Origin: Lama glama | Lineage: Eukaryota | Direction of reading: 5' to 3' | DNA length: 64,000 nt | NCBI GenBank assembly: GCA_028534125.1 | Contig: CM052817.1 | Location: forward strand, 14,448,001 to 14,512,000 | In this document: one piece after another, positions 1-12,655 of the stretch | Layout of the letters: each line of letters opens with the position of its first letter | How positions within the stretch are numbered: position 1 is the first letter of the stretch | Notes under the pieces: model-generated | Told to the model about the DNA's origin: nothing | Seen by the model: only the letters and a program-made list of their open reading frames with translations | Database searches by the model: none | Made by a program: the position numbers and the translations under genes

Positions 1-1249
1 TGTGTGAACAGCTGGGATTGGGAATCAGGGTTTTAAAGGATATCGCAGAATAGTCTTTAGTCTGCATTGCCTTACTATGTGGTCCACCATGAATGTGGTC
101 CTCATATTTCTCTGCACATTGTGGATATTTAAGAATGCTTGATAATAAATGAGTCAAGCACTGTAACTTAACTGATAACATTAAATGTTGTAGGTAAAAC
201 TGTATACAAAGGACTTAACTGTGATAAGGAAATTCTTGTATTTGTCATGAGAATTTGTCTGGTTTATTACAAGCTATGCCTTTTCATTAATGAAATGTCC
301 CATTTTACTCTAACATCTTTTCCTTCAAAATAACACAGGAAAGCAAATAAATCAACATTTCTTTGGTTCCTAATGTGCGTAGTTTCTCTTTTTTTGGTTC
401 ACATAGAAAATCATCTTTCCTAAAGACTGGGCTCAAAAATAAATCTCTTTACCAACACATAGGCTGGCCCACCTGTCTCCTCTCTGAAAAAAATACATAA
501 AGTCTATTACTTTCTAAGTGCACTGAAAAGTAGAAAGCTTTTTCCCCCTTTTTTTCTGGTTGTTTGAGGTGACATCTGTGACCTACAACCAACATTTTGT
601 AACAATCATCTATGACACAGCACACTCAAATAGGGGCTGCTCCTGTGTGGGCACTAACCAAGAGAAGCACCATTTACCTGTCCTGTGTGCCATGGAGCCA
701 GGAAAACATATGCTCCTATGACCACAGAGGTGGAGAAAAGCAGGCATGGCAAAACCTGTACTGTCCTTAACGCTTCTTTCTGGAATTTATATATGTCCGT
801 CCTGCTCAAATCTCATTGGTCCAAGCAAGTCACATGGCAACAGAGGTCGTGCAGACACGAGCAGAGGAAAGGGCTCCAAGTAGAGAGAAGAGTGCCTGCA
901 AAGTCTCAGAAGCCAGAGAGAAAACGGCTTGTTCTGGCTAGTGGTGTTGGTTCGGTAAGGGTCTGAGCACCAAGGAGCAGGGATGAGGATGATAATGACG
1001 AGAGATGACACGAGTAACCAGAGGATACATAAAACTTTTTAATTTTATCTTGAAAGCAATGAAGAATCAGTTAAAGATTTAAATTGGAAAGTGGCATGAT
1101 CCAATTTGCATTGCAGTGTGATAACTCTGGCTATGGCATGGGGACTTTATTTTTGTGCATTTTAGGTTACCAGGAGAACATCCAAGTGGCGATATCTAGG
1201 AAACAGTTGTATACACAGAACTGGAAGGAATCAGCAGCATATAGACTTT

Positions 1250-1455
1250 AGACATTTCAAATGTGTAACCTCGGATCGCCTGTGGCCCTTCAACTGATGT
1301 ATTTGCCAATGGCAAATGCAATGGCAGGAAAGAAGTTGAATTTGAAGGTCTTCTGATGGGACATATGCTCTTCAGTTGACCCTAATCCCCACTGTTACTT
1401 TTTTACACATTTTCTTAGCTAACTGGCTCCTGAAGGCATTTGAGTTTGACATCTG
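1250..1455. mobile_element. hAT-type MITE (MER112/MER117-like)
   Basis: Ends with ctggctcctgaaggcatttgagtttgacatctg, resembling the terminus of these MITEs. Confidence 0.45.
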
Positions 1456-1462
1456 ATGTAGT

Positions 1463-1571
1463 TAGTGTTGCCAAATAAAACACATGACATCCAATTAAAT
1501 TTGGATTTCAGGTAAACAACAAATCAGTTTTTCAGGATGTCATATATTTATTTGTTAACTCTAACAACACT
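1463..1571. mobile_element. MER53-like hAT MITE, internally deleted
   Basis: tagtgttgccaaataaaacacatgacatccaattaaatttggatttcaggtaaacaac matches the MER53 start; inverted end atctaacaacact-like at ~1560-1571. Confidence 0.65.
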
Positions 1572-3644
1572 GGATATAGTTGATGATTTAAGTCATGGCA
1601 ATGGCTGGCATTAGCAAAGATGGGGTACAGAGTAAGAAGTGAAGCAGGTTCTAGACAGTGCCCGGCACACAGGAGAGAGTCAATATTTACCATTAATGAA
1701 TAAGGGCCAAGGGCAAAAGCAGAGAAATATCAACAACTAAGGAGCTTTTAAGAGAAAGGAGAAAAAGAACAGAAGTGCTCAGAAGAGGTCAATGATGTCA
1801 CATGCTGCAAGGGTATCAAACAAGGTAGAAACTGAAAATTTTTCCACTGGATTTGTGACAAGGACATCACCAGTGTCCTTGGAAAGAATATTTGAATAGA
1901 GCAGCTGGGTAAAATATTTACCTTCAAGAGGAGAAGATGGAGAGAAAGTAAAGACAGAATATATAACTATTCAAAGAATCTTGGCTATGTTGGCAATGAA
2001 CAAAGGAGTTGTAGCTGAAATAGACATGGAGTCCAGAAAACTTTGCCTTTTTTTCCATGGGTGAGATTTAATCACTTTAACTGTTGATGAGAAGAAACCA
2101 GTAGAGAAGAAGAAGTTAAAGATACATAAAAGAGAAGGAATAATCGAGATCAAGATAAAATCTGTAACCCAGTTATAGAGATTTGTCCTCAGAAAGACAC
2201 CACAATTGTAGCAGGAAGAATGAGAACCTGAAGGGTGTCCATGCACTGAGTCTTGGTAGCAGGCGTTTGAGGGGATTTCTAAATGAAGGCTTCTACTTTT
2301 TTTCCTGAGAAGTAAGAGTGAGCTCTTCTATTGACCTCAAATATGGCAAGAGCTAGGGGACCGGTAGTGGTAAGAAGAAAAGGTTCCAATAATCTTGGAG
2401 AAGGTTTAAATTGCCATGTGAATCTCAAGAGAGCTGAATTACGAAACTGAAAAATACCAAGTAGAACTGAATATTCCGTTGGATTGAAAACTACACTCAA
2501 CGCCAGAGTGTCTCTCAAGGTCCCGACTATCTGCAGGGCTCCTGGTCTCCCTTTCCATGAGGACATAAGTCTTTTCCTAGGATCTTGCTTCAACATGAAG
2601 GGAATCTGGAGCCATATTCTACACTCATGCAGTAACTCTAGGATATTGAATAACCAAGTAGTGCTGTGAAATGATAGAAATTACAGTCCAAGGGAAGGGA
2701 ATAAAATCAGGGACAGCTGTGAATCGTGAACCTTTCCCATCTAGACTCATCTCTTCACATCATTTCAAGATGATGCATTTGCGTGTGATCAGTTCTTAAA
2801 ATATTTTCTATTTCTGAGTCTTTCTACAACATTTAATAAAATATTTTGGCATTGTTAATTTGAAGAGAAATTTACTGCTTAATAACCCAACCTAAAACTT
2901 CACATTTCATATTTTTAGATGACACTTACTGCATTCATTTACTCATTTTAACAGTTCATTTTTGAATGCATTTATATGCCAAGTGCTCATATTGATAATA
3001 TAAACTTATCTTTCTGAGTACCTGCTCTCAGAAAATTTGAACAAATGCAATTATTTTAAATTTAATCTACATTTCAGGAAAAATTAGTACATAAAATGTG
3101 ACTTAAAAATCCAATGCAAAAGTTAAAATATAAAAGCTAAATGAATTAGTTAATGGATAGTCCCCTTATAAAGGATTCACCATAGGTACCTTTAGACACG
3201 CTATCCTGGAGTATTTGAAACATAATTTGATTTAAAGACCCGCAGTGTATCTACACCTCTTTAGGAAGACATCCATTACATTGAGTGAGGGGTATCTGTC
3301 TCTGCCAAGTCAGCCCAGTGATTCATACATATATTTCTGTGCATTTATTATAAACTACTTCTGTCACCCTCCCTTCAAGGGCACTGGTAAGTTCAAAGGG
3401 AAATTTTGTGAGAGCTTAACTGGAGAGCATCTCAACATTAGTTAACTCTCTCTCCCGTTCAATTTTTCCCTTGTTCTTCTCTTATTTATTTGATCAAAAA
3501 CTGCCCTGGGGACATGTTTTATTTGCTGCTTACACTGTGCCTGGGGAGTGATACCAACCAACAAAGAATTATTGACAAGTAATTAACTAGTTCATGAGTG
3601 TAGAAACTTCGTCTCTCTTGTTCAACATTTTGTCTTATTTATAT

Positions 3645-3865
3645 TTTACAAACACAGAGTGCTTATCATGCTCCCAGTACTGCTCTGAAATAATTACAAA
3701 TATGAATTCATTCAACGCCAAAAGCAACCCTGCAAAGTAGGTGCAATTATAATTTTACAAGTGAGGAAATTGTAGACTGAGGCCACAGAGCCACAGAACA
3801 AAAACATTTAGATCTGAACCCAGACCGTCTGGCTTCAAATCTTGTCCCTGTAACCACTATGCTGG
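3645..3865 (-). mobile_element. MIR SINE
   Basis: Core motifs ttttacaagtgaggaaattg, ctgaacccagaccgtctggcttcaaa, taaccactatgc. Confidence 0.75.
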
Positions 3866-4033
3866 GCTGTGCCTCACACTGTGATGTCAACATTGACCTC
3901 AGCACAAAGCACAGTGCCCACATGTTGTAGATGCCGTATGTGTGTGTGTTTAAATAAATGATAGAGGAAAATCAATACGCTGTATTTCCATGCTTTTATC
4001 ACTAAACTACCATTTCTCAAAGATCATCTCACC

Positions 4034-4604
4034 TGTGAAGCAATAAACTAGCTTCTGTTCCGAAATGGTTTCCCTGATCCTAAAGCTGTTTGCTGATTCA
4101 CTCTGACTTGGAATTCTTGCAACTTGTTTTTGTGTTGTTTTTTTTTTTTTCCTGACAAACCCCCATCTCTGTTTAACTTGCTCAACTGCTTTTGTGCTAA
4201 ACAGCCCCTAACCTTCCTATCACACTCATTCTCACTACCCCCACCCCCAGCCTCCTTTGTTCTAGGAGGAAGGTCATATTCTAATAACCACCTGAGCTCG
4301 GGAAACCCACAGACCTATCACGAGATTAGCACAATGCCAGACACAATTGTATCTGGGTGGGACCTGGCAACAGGAAGACTGTAAGACCCACACACCCTGA
4401 TCCTTACACCTGCTCCGCACCCCAGACCCTTCCCATAAAACTTCCCCGTACCCCAACCCTGGTGGACACACTGTTTTAAAGGCTCTAGCCTACTGTGGTC
4501 CCTTTTGTCTGACGAAGCAGGAAAGCTGTTTCCTTTCTACTTCACTCAAAACTCTGTCTCTGAGACTCAGTTTGAACCAGTGCACAGAGGCCAACATTTT
4601 GGCA
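4034..4604 (+). mobile_element. ERV1-class solo LTR
   Basis: Starts TG (tgtgaagcaataaact) and ends CA after a typical ERV1 U5 (caaaactctgtctctgagactcagtttgaaccagtgcacagaggccaacattttggca); TATA-like cataaaa at ~4434; no internal gag/pol sequence. Confidence 0.75.
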
Positions 4605-5959
4605 CCGCCTACTTCAGCCCCCAGAAAAATGATGCAATGTCAGTTAGTGTTTCCTTTCATAGAAGCAGGAATTATTACGTGCTTACCCTGATAAACGCAC
4701 TGGCGATACATTAACTGACCTACCGAGCAGCGCAGGGCGAAACCCCCTCACTGAGATGAGTGGGACGCGTTTCCAGCCCGGGCGTGTCAGCTGCAGAAGC
4801 GCCGTCATTTGCCTCCGCGAGCACAGCTGTCTATTTCCAAGTAACTACTAGAATATTCTGAGGCTGGATTAAGCTCAAAGCAGCCAGCCTAACAATGCTT
4901 CAGCTACGTATCTGCACCTTTTCAATGATTACTGTCAACTACTAAAAGCTTGGAACACCATCTGAATATTATCACTGCTTCTCTTGAATGAAGAGGCATT
5001 TTCCAGAGATCAAGCACCACAAAAGCGCTACAAAACAATATGAATTGGAAGGTCCTGGGAGATATAAAAAGAAGCACAAAGAAAGGAGGATAAAGGTAGC
5101 AGCAGTAATTGCCTTCTCTGCAAAGAGAGACAAATCAAGAAAGCTTCTGTTTTAAGAATTTTTATAGAGGGAAGTATTTCCATGACAACTGGGTACTTAG
5201 TTATTCTAATTGCGGGAGAAACAAAGCATCTAAAAAGTCAGGAAATATGTTCTAAGCACACAGAATAAACCCCAGCGAAACTAGGAACATTGATGTTTTG
5301 TCAAAAGTAGGGAAAATTCACCACCAGACTTTTAATTTTAACTCAATATTAAAGAGTGACAGTGTTTCAGATTCTGTAGATTGTTTAGGTAAGATGTGAG
5401 CTCATAAGCTTGGCTTGAGATGCATGTTACTCTATGCATCCATAACCTTTAACTTCAACTTAATTTTTGAAAATTAAATTGATTGAAGGAACTAGGGAAT
5501 GTTTTCAAACTGAACCTGATAGAAATATGACAAAATCATGGAGGTTAATTTAAACGAATGCTAACTGAATGGTCTGATTTATCAGAAGAGCACAAAAGAC
5601 ATTGCAAACAAAATCCTATTTCAGTTTATCCTAAGATTTGCTTTAGAAATATCATGTACTAGTTAAAGTAATCTACGGTGCAGCCAGCTGACCTAAATCA
5701 ACAAGTCTAGTCTAAGCTTAAATGAAATACGGAAGACAGACAAGAATGACTCGTTTTAATGCAATGCCATTCTAATCCAAATTGACCATTTTCCCTTTGA
5801 GGAATTCTGTTGTGTTGCATGCAGATCATTGCCTCAAAATATGGAATTCCTTTCTCATTCTCCTGAAACATATTTCTCCTGACCCCTTCAAGAGTTCCCC
5901 ACTTTAAAACTGAGAGTGTGTGTTATTTGACAATCAGTATATACAACTGAAGTGGTAAT

Positions 5960-6105
5960 GAATGCACGGTCTTTAGACATTTAGCGGTGGAAGATTCTGG
6001 TCCTAGCTCTGCTTTAGTCACTTCCTAGTTCTTGATATAGAGGAAATCGTCTGACTTCTCTAAACCTCAGTTTTCTCATCTGTTTAAAAGGAATAAAAAA
6101 TGATG
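5960..6105 (+). mobile_element. MIR SINE fragment
   Basis: ctgggtcctagctctgctttagtcacttcctag...ctctaaacctcagttttctcatctgt. Confidence 0.7.
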
Positions 6106-6276
6106 CCAATCTAAGATATTCACTCAGCAAATTATACTGTGTACCAGGCAAGAGTTGAAGTACTGGAGAGGAAAAGAAAAGTAGGTCATTATCACTGTTT
6201 TTGAGAAATAGTCTATTAAAGAAGATGTATTTTGATTATACGTATTTGAAAGATTAATGATAAACTATATGTTTAA

Positions 6277-6841
6277 TATTGAAACAGAAGATTCATTGAA
6301 CTTAAAAGTATAAAACAAAGAATGTGGCCCACCACCCAGTTCTCCAAGGATCAAGTCACTAGATGCCACAGTTGCTGACCTACAGGACACCCTGAAAGGA
6401 ATTTGGGGTGAAAAACAGGATGAGGCTTTCTGTGCTTTGGGAAAACAGGCACAACAAGGCCTTAGATAATTAGATGTTTTTCCTGAAAAAAAAAATTATG
6501 AACCCAATTCTTGCATCTTTCCATACTTAGAAAAGCACTAAAATCATTAACAGTATCTGATCCTTGTGACTAACAATAACCTTCCACCAAAATGTAAGCT
6601 TGGCTGCACATACTCCTTAGCCAACATCATATGCATACTGGCCTCTCCCCTGCGAATTCGGAGCAGCTCCTCACAGCTACCGGAGAGACCGTCTCCCAGC
6701 TCCCAGGCTATGGTTTTCAGTAAAATGTCTGAATAAAACTGAAACTCACAGCTCTCGCTCTGAGTGCTTGGTTTTCTGTTTTTTTTTTGTTTTTGTTTTT
6801 TTTTTTTGGCCGCTGTTTTATTTTTTTAATTTCAGTCAACA
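6277..6841 (+). mobile_element. ERV1-class solo LTR (MER34-like)
   Basis: cagttgctgacctacaggacaccctgaaagga, aattcttgcatctttccatacttagaaaagcac, poly-A signal aataaa at ~6732, terminal tttcagtcaaca. Confidence 0.7.
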
Positions 6842-7318
6842 AAGGATGGGAGTTAACTCTTCTTGGGGAAGATAGAAATAGTTATTCAGAGGCAAAGACA
6901 TTTGAGCTGTCTTACAATATAAGTATAGTTAATGGAAGAAAGGTGGAGGAGAGACAGGGAGAAAAAGGACTCTAGGATGAAAAAATAATGTATGCTCAGG
7001 TTCCAGGGCTTGAAGGTGAATGGCCCAAAGTTCAGTCAGGCTGGAGCATACAGCAAGTCAGGGGTGACAAGAACAGAGAAGAAGGCAGCCAGACAGTGAA
7101 GTGTTTAATATGCCATATTGAGAAATTGGGAATTTGTCCACAGGAAAATAGGGAGATGATATATGTTGCAACAACTAGGAGTAACACAATGGGACTTTTT
7201 TTTCCCTGAAAGTTAAGAGGCTTTTGCCACCCACAGTAATCTGAAGCTAGTTTCAACTAGTCCTAGAGCATGTGTTTACTCAAATCCTCCAGGATGACGT
7301 CAGAAGTCGGTGGCAGGT

Positions 7319-7504
7319 AAGGCGACCAACTCACTCCCTAGGATTTTCTCAGTTTTACAATTAAACATCCCACTTCCTGAGAACCTTCTCAGTCTTAGTC
7401 AAACTGGGATATGCCAGGACGCTCCAAATTTTTGCCCTCAAAGTTCTGTGTCCCAGGACCCTCTCCATCCAAGGCCTGGGCAAACTGAGACAGTTCATTA
7501 CCTT
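7319..7504. mobile_element. MER94-like hAT-Blackjack MITE with internally repeated body
   Basis: aaggcgaccaactc start and gggcaaactgagacagttcattacct end; the body appears twice (..caaactgggata and ..caaactgagaca). Confidence 0.55.
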
Positions 7505-10500
7505 AGTTCTAGCTGCAAGACTGATGGTGAGAGTGGTGGCAGCAGATGGATCCTGACCGCAGATATGTGAATTGGGTTAAGCTGCTCTCAACTACATGTA
7601 CAAATAGTTCTTTCCACAATCCCGGGAAACTGAAGGTGGGGATATATATATATGTGAATAGACACATATTCCTGGTAAAACACATATTTACTAAATTAAC
7701 ATTACTATATACATCAATACAAGTTTCTGATTCATTCATCCCCTTACTTCTGCACCATCTCATCAAAGATGAAAGGTAGTCTTTTAGCCTAATAATGCCT
7801 CAGCAAGACACAGCGTTTGCGCTTAAACCCTGAAGGACGTTGAGGAAGACTGAGCAGTTGAGAACTTAGTGAATGAGTGTGTCTCAGAAGCATGAGGACA
7901 TAGGGTGGGATGTAAAATTTCAACATTAATGGCACTGCTGACTTTGAGCATGAGGATAAACGAATCTTCCCGACCTGAGTAGACACAGTAGAGTAAGCAG
8001 ATGCCAGAAACAAGGAGGAAGGTCAAAAAGGAAGACAGGATGAGAACAAGCAGTGCTGGACTCCCTGCATCCACCCCTGATACGTTGACAGAGACGGATG
8101 CATGGGAGCAGTGGAGATGTGTTTCGTACCACCCTCCTAAGTCCACATAAACTGGCTCTTTTCTGGCAGGGGACTGTGTCCATGTGTCTTTCTAGTTATT
8201 GCAGGGCATAGGACAGAGCTAGACACAAAACTTAGAATCATAATCACTGTGTGTAACATTTAGAATGTGGAATAATGATAAACCCATCCTGGAACCCATT
8301 TGAAAGTAATTTTACACCAAAACACCAAAAGATCTCAATGTAAGATCGTTTTCCCATAAAGATGGCCCAGCTGCATAAACGACCAAAACAGCATTATAAA
8401 CGGACCCCAATGTGTCTGCAATGTTCAAGGGAAATGAAAAGCATGGAGCATGCAACCCATTTGTTTGGGGGTGCTTATGTAATACGTACCCTCCAAGGAA
8501 AGAGCAAGAGGACTTTTGCAGTCAGCCGAGTATGGTTGCCAAGTTGGGCTTTCAACTTACTGTCTTGATTAAATAAACACTGCAATGATCTAAAAGCTAA
8601 TACTTACATTTCTAAAGTGCTTCTTTTTTATCATTTCCTGGGGAATCTGCTTTACTTCAGAGGCATTTAGTTGTTGTAAACTGAAGCTAAACTGAGAAGG
8701 AGAACATCCTAGCAGATTCTTCTAAAATTTGTTGGTCTATTTTGTTTGATTGAGAGTAGTATGTGCCCTTAACATTTCAGTGCTTAACTGTTTCACTGAT
8801 TCATAATGAGTGTGTGTGTGTGTGTAAAGGCTTTGAATTATTCACAGAAAAATATTCTAGCTTAAGGAATGAGATACTTATATTTTAAAAAGCACAAAAC
8901 GGAAAGAACTAATAAATATCATCATACCTCAAATGTAATAAGCAATAAAAAGTAAATATACTACCATAATAACATTGTAGTTGGTGTTAAAATTATGAAA
9001 AGAAATGAGCAGTAAGCAAATTCAAAAATAAAGAAGACAAACTTTGCATCATATGCTTTGTAGTATTATGTATAGAAAATATTAAATACATAAATTTAAT
9101 ATTTATAAATTACATTCCACTAAAAATAATCTCAACCCCAGGTCATACATCCAGAGGCTTTGTATAAAATGTATTTTTCAAGGAATGAACATATTAGGAT
9201 GGTAATATAGTATAGCAGTTCTACCTAACTCTAGTTTTAAAATATCACTCATCACATGGTATGAGAGGTAAGATCAGAAACCCTGTGAACCCTGGAGTCT
9301 TATGGTATCCATTTTTTGTTTTTGGAAGAATATCTACTAATATCTTGAAACTCATTTGTGTAGCATGGAATATAGTTTAGGAAATTCTGGTTAAATTATG
9401 ACAAGAATCCTCATAAAGTGTACACTAAAAATAAAATTTAGACCACAGGCCAATTTTACAGCTGTCTTTGCCCCATTAAATGAGCAAGTCATCTAATAAT
9501 TCAAATGCCTACTTATGTGTTTGAATGATGTATAAGTTAACATTTTAAGTATTTGAAAATGAGTTACGTGTGGCTATTCACATGCTGTCTCAATTTGTCA
9601 CGAGTACTTGCCCTAGCCCCCACGGAGGGTGTGAGAAAATCCAAGGATGTGTGGAGTCATCCACAGAGACGTCTTGAGGATAGACTAGGGGACCCTCCGT
9701 CCAGTGCTCTACCTTCACATATCTTGAGCCTCGCCCTCTCCTCTCTTAGGTTCTGAAGGGATTCAAACCTTTGATGGCTCCCAGGGCCAATTCAGCCTCT
9801 ATTTTCCAGTGAAATCAATGTTGCAAAGTCATTCGGGATGTGTAACTTGAAGAAAGGCAGGGATAAGATTACAACCTTCAAGTTGTTAAAGCAGCATCCG
9901 AGGGAAGAAGGGCAAGACAGAGTCTATTTTTCCAGAATCAGACAAATGAGCAGGACATCAGCTGAAGGGCGACAGTTTTCACTCAGACCCGCTAAGAACT
10001 CCAACAACTAGAAAAATGAGACGGTGTCCCTGATGCCACAGCCACTTGTCATCACTGGAAGTTCATACAAAGAGAGGAAACAGCAACATCTGAAATTTCT
10101 GTGGTCCCGTCAACCTCCTAAATTTAAAAAAATTGACATCTTCTGACCCCTTCAAGGAGTATTAAAGTGACAGAGCACACAGGTTCATGTGCTCAGTTGT
10201 CATGCGTGCCTGATATGAATTATAAGAGGAATAAAAATCACTGCCTGCAAAGCCTGATACCAAGTGCCCTGACCCGCTGTGCCCCGGCACTGTCCTGCCA
10301 GTGACAGTATCCAGGACACCTTCCCTGCCAATTAGATTACAAATTCAAACAAACTGCCGTTGAGTCACTGTAATTTGCTTACCTGGATCTATTCATTCAT
10401 GCTGGATTTTATGCTAACTCTTCAAAAGTTACTCCTGTGTGCTGTTTCTCAGCAACTATCACATCATGCTCCAGATGGGATGCTGTTACATTTCTGGATG

Positions 10501-10924
10501 AAGAACAATGGTTCCCATTTTCCATTTAGACATAATTATGCTTCTGACAACTACCTGGGCCAAGTAGGGTCACAGTATGTGAGAGAGTGCCTGTGGGCTG
10601 CTGGATAGCTGTGTGCCTGCCTAAGAAGTCCTTAATCATAATTTTGAACAGATTCTGTGGAATGTGATCCCTGAATATGTTACACTTTCAAGTAAATTAA
10701 AACAAGACTCAGATCAAATTTCTTCTCTGGGCCAGGGAAAGCATGTTCCCTATGTCTGGGGGAAACAAGGATGGTGAGAATTACAGTAACCTCCCTTTTT
10801 TCCCTCCAGATCTGGATTATGGTATGCCACTGAGGGGACCATTTGCTTGTATAATAAGAACAAGAAAAAGTCATCAATATTTACTGTGTAGTTATTATTT
10901 GACAAACACTCTGAGAAGTACTTT

Positions 10925-11330
10925 TGTTCATTCAGACATTCATTCAACAAATATTTCTTTTTTTATTGAAGTATCGTTGATTTACCAACAAATATTTCTC
11001 AATTGCCTTCTTGGTGCTTGACAGTGTTCCCGGCACTGCAGAGTCAGTGGTGAACGGGACAAAAATAATTCTTGCCTTCATGGAGTGAGTGGACTGGGGT
11101 GGAGGGGAGGGGATAGGAGATAAACTAGAAATCAAAGAAATAATGTGAGTTTTGAAAAATGCTATAAGTAAGGTAAAATAGATGCTTTGTGACCACAAAA
11201 AAAAATGAAGAGGAAATGGTCAGGAGAGGCAATCAGAGATGGTGACACATAGGGTGAAGTGTCAATTGTGTCAGAACCTTCTAGACATAGGCGTCAGCAC
11301 ACAGGAGGACCTGGAGCAGCAGAGAAGATC
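10925..11330 (-). mobile_element. L2 3' end, interrupted by a micro L1 insertion
   Basis: ttcattcagacattcattcaacaaatatt and cagtggtgaacgggacaaaaataattcttgccttcatggag match the reverse complement of the L2 3' terminus. Confidence 0.75.
10959..10985 (-). mobile_element. 27-nt extreme 5'-truncated L1 insertion with 14-bp TSD
   Basis: Insert reverse complement gtaaatcaacgatacttcaataaaaaa resembles the L1 3' terminus (compare 38945-38970); flanked by caacaaatatttct at 10945-10958 and 10986-10999. Confidence 0.85.
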
Positions 11331-11649
11331 TCAGAGCTCGACATGCATCATTTTGCCATTTATTTCCCCAATCGATCATAAGATGTGGGCATCATTAGTC
11401 CCATTGAACAGGTGATAAAACTGATGTAAGCTGCCCACGTTCACATAGATAAGGAGTGTTAAAGCTGGTGCTTCAATTGCCATCGAGTTACAGAGATGTC
11501 TCTTCCTCCCTTTTAACTTAATAGAAACCCACTACCCACATTATCATGATACCATTCCTTTTTTGGCTTGACAATATATCCTAAGGATATCTACAAATGA
11601 AATTGGTTAGTTTCTACCTTTTTCTCCATCACTTTAGAATGTATATACC

Positions 11650-12071
11650 CATAGGTTAGCTTCCTAAGGCTGTCCTTAAAAACATGCCTCAAACTGGGTG
11701 GCTTAAATCACAAATGTTTTGGTCTCATAGTTCTGGGGGCTATAGGTCTGAACTCAAGGTGTTGGCAGCCCTGGTTCCTTCCAAGGGCTCTGAGGGAAGG
11801 ATTTGTCCCAGGCCTCTCTCCTAGCTTCCATTAGCCTCAGGCATCCCCGGGCCTGCAGACGGCCATCTTCTTCCTGCGTCTTTTCGCACCATCTTTTCTG
11901 TGCCCAAATTTCGCCGTTTATAAGAACACAGTTGTATTGGATTAGCACCCACCCTGATCACCTTGATTTGATTACCTCTATAAAGACTCTCCAAATAAAG
12001 TCACGTTGTGAGGTACAGGAGTGTAGGACTTCAACACATCAATTTCAGAGGACACAGTTCAGCCCATAACA
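11650..12071 (-). mobile_element. MaLR solo LTR (MLT1B/C-like)
   Basis: aaactgggtggcttaaa...catagttctggggg...aactcaaggtgttggcag; terminal cagcccataaca. Confidence 0.85.
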
Positions 12072-12655
12072 ACCTGCACATATTCTTTTACAAAAATGGG
12101 GTTGTTTCACAAGCTGGGATGCTTTCATTGTTTCTGGTTTGTTTATTTGTATAGAAATTTCTCTTAGTTTTGTTTTATTTCGTCTTCCCCAACTACATTC
12201 TCCACCCTGACAGCCACAGCCATCACTCTAAGGTAACCCGCGTTAGCACCTCGTTTATGCTTTTCTTATCTTATTTTCTTATCTACACACACATATAGGG
12301 AGATTTTTTGTGCTTTATAAAATACGAGTTACGAACACTACTCTTCATGTTACCTTTCTCACTTAACAATACCAGTCGTAGAGGCATATTCAAGTCAACA
12401 AGTATAACTTGAACATTTCTTTCAGGAATACAATAGTATCTTACAATGTACAGGGGCCATAATTCATCCTGCCCTCTTTATGTGTCAGGCTTTCTCAAGC
12501 ATTGGTGGTACTGGTTCTCTTATTCAGAGGTCCGTGTGGTTTATACTCTCAAGGAGATAAGCAGCTTGGATGTGGTACCGTGTGAAAGCCTGCGTGATCC
12601 ATCACCAGGAATTAGCATCCCTGCCCTCAGTCAGTAACACAACTCTACACCTTTA

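Larger units (their letters stand above)
1020..2480 (-). mobile_element. Degraded LINE-2 (L2) fragments interrupted by hAT MITEs
   Basis: Purine-rich L2-like phrases (ttttatcttgaaagcaatgaagaatcagttaaaga, actgaaaattttcccactggatttg-like, atataactattcaaagaatcttggct); approximate boundaries. Confidence 0.6.

Noticed and set aside
7823..8146. 107-aa minus-strand ORF with a transmembrane-like stretch
   Set aside because: The hydrophobicity follows from a purine-rich plus strand; non-ATG start, no homology recognised, no clear splice context
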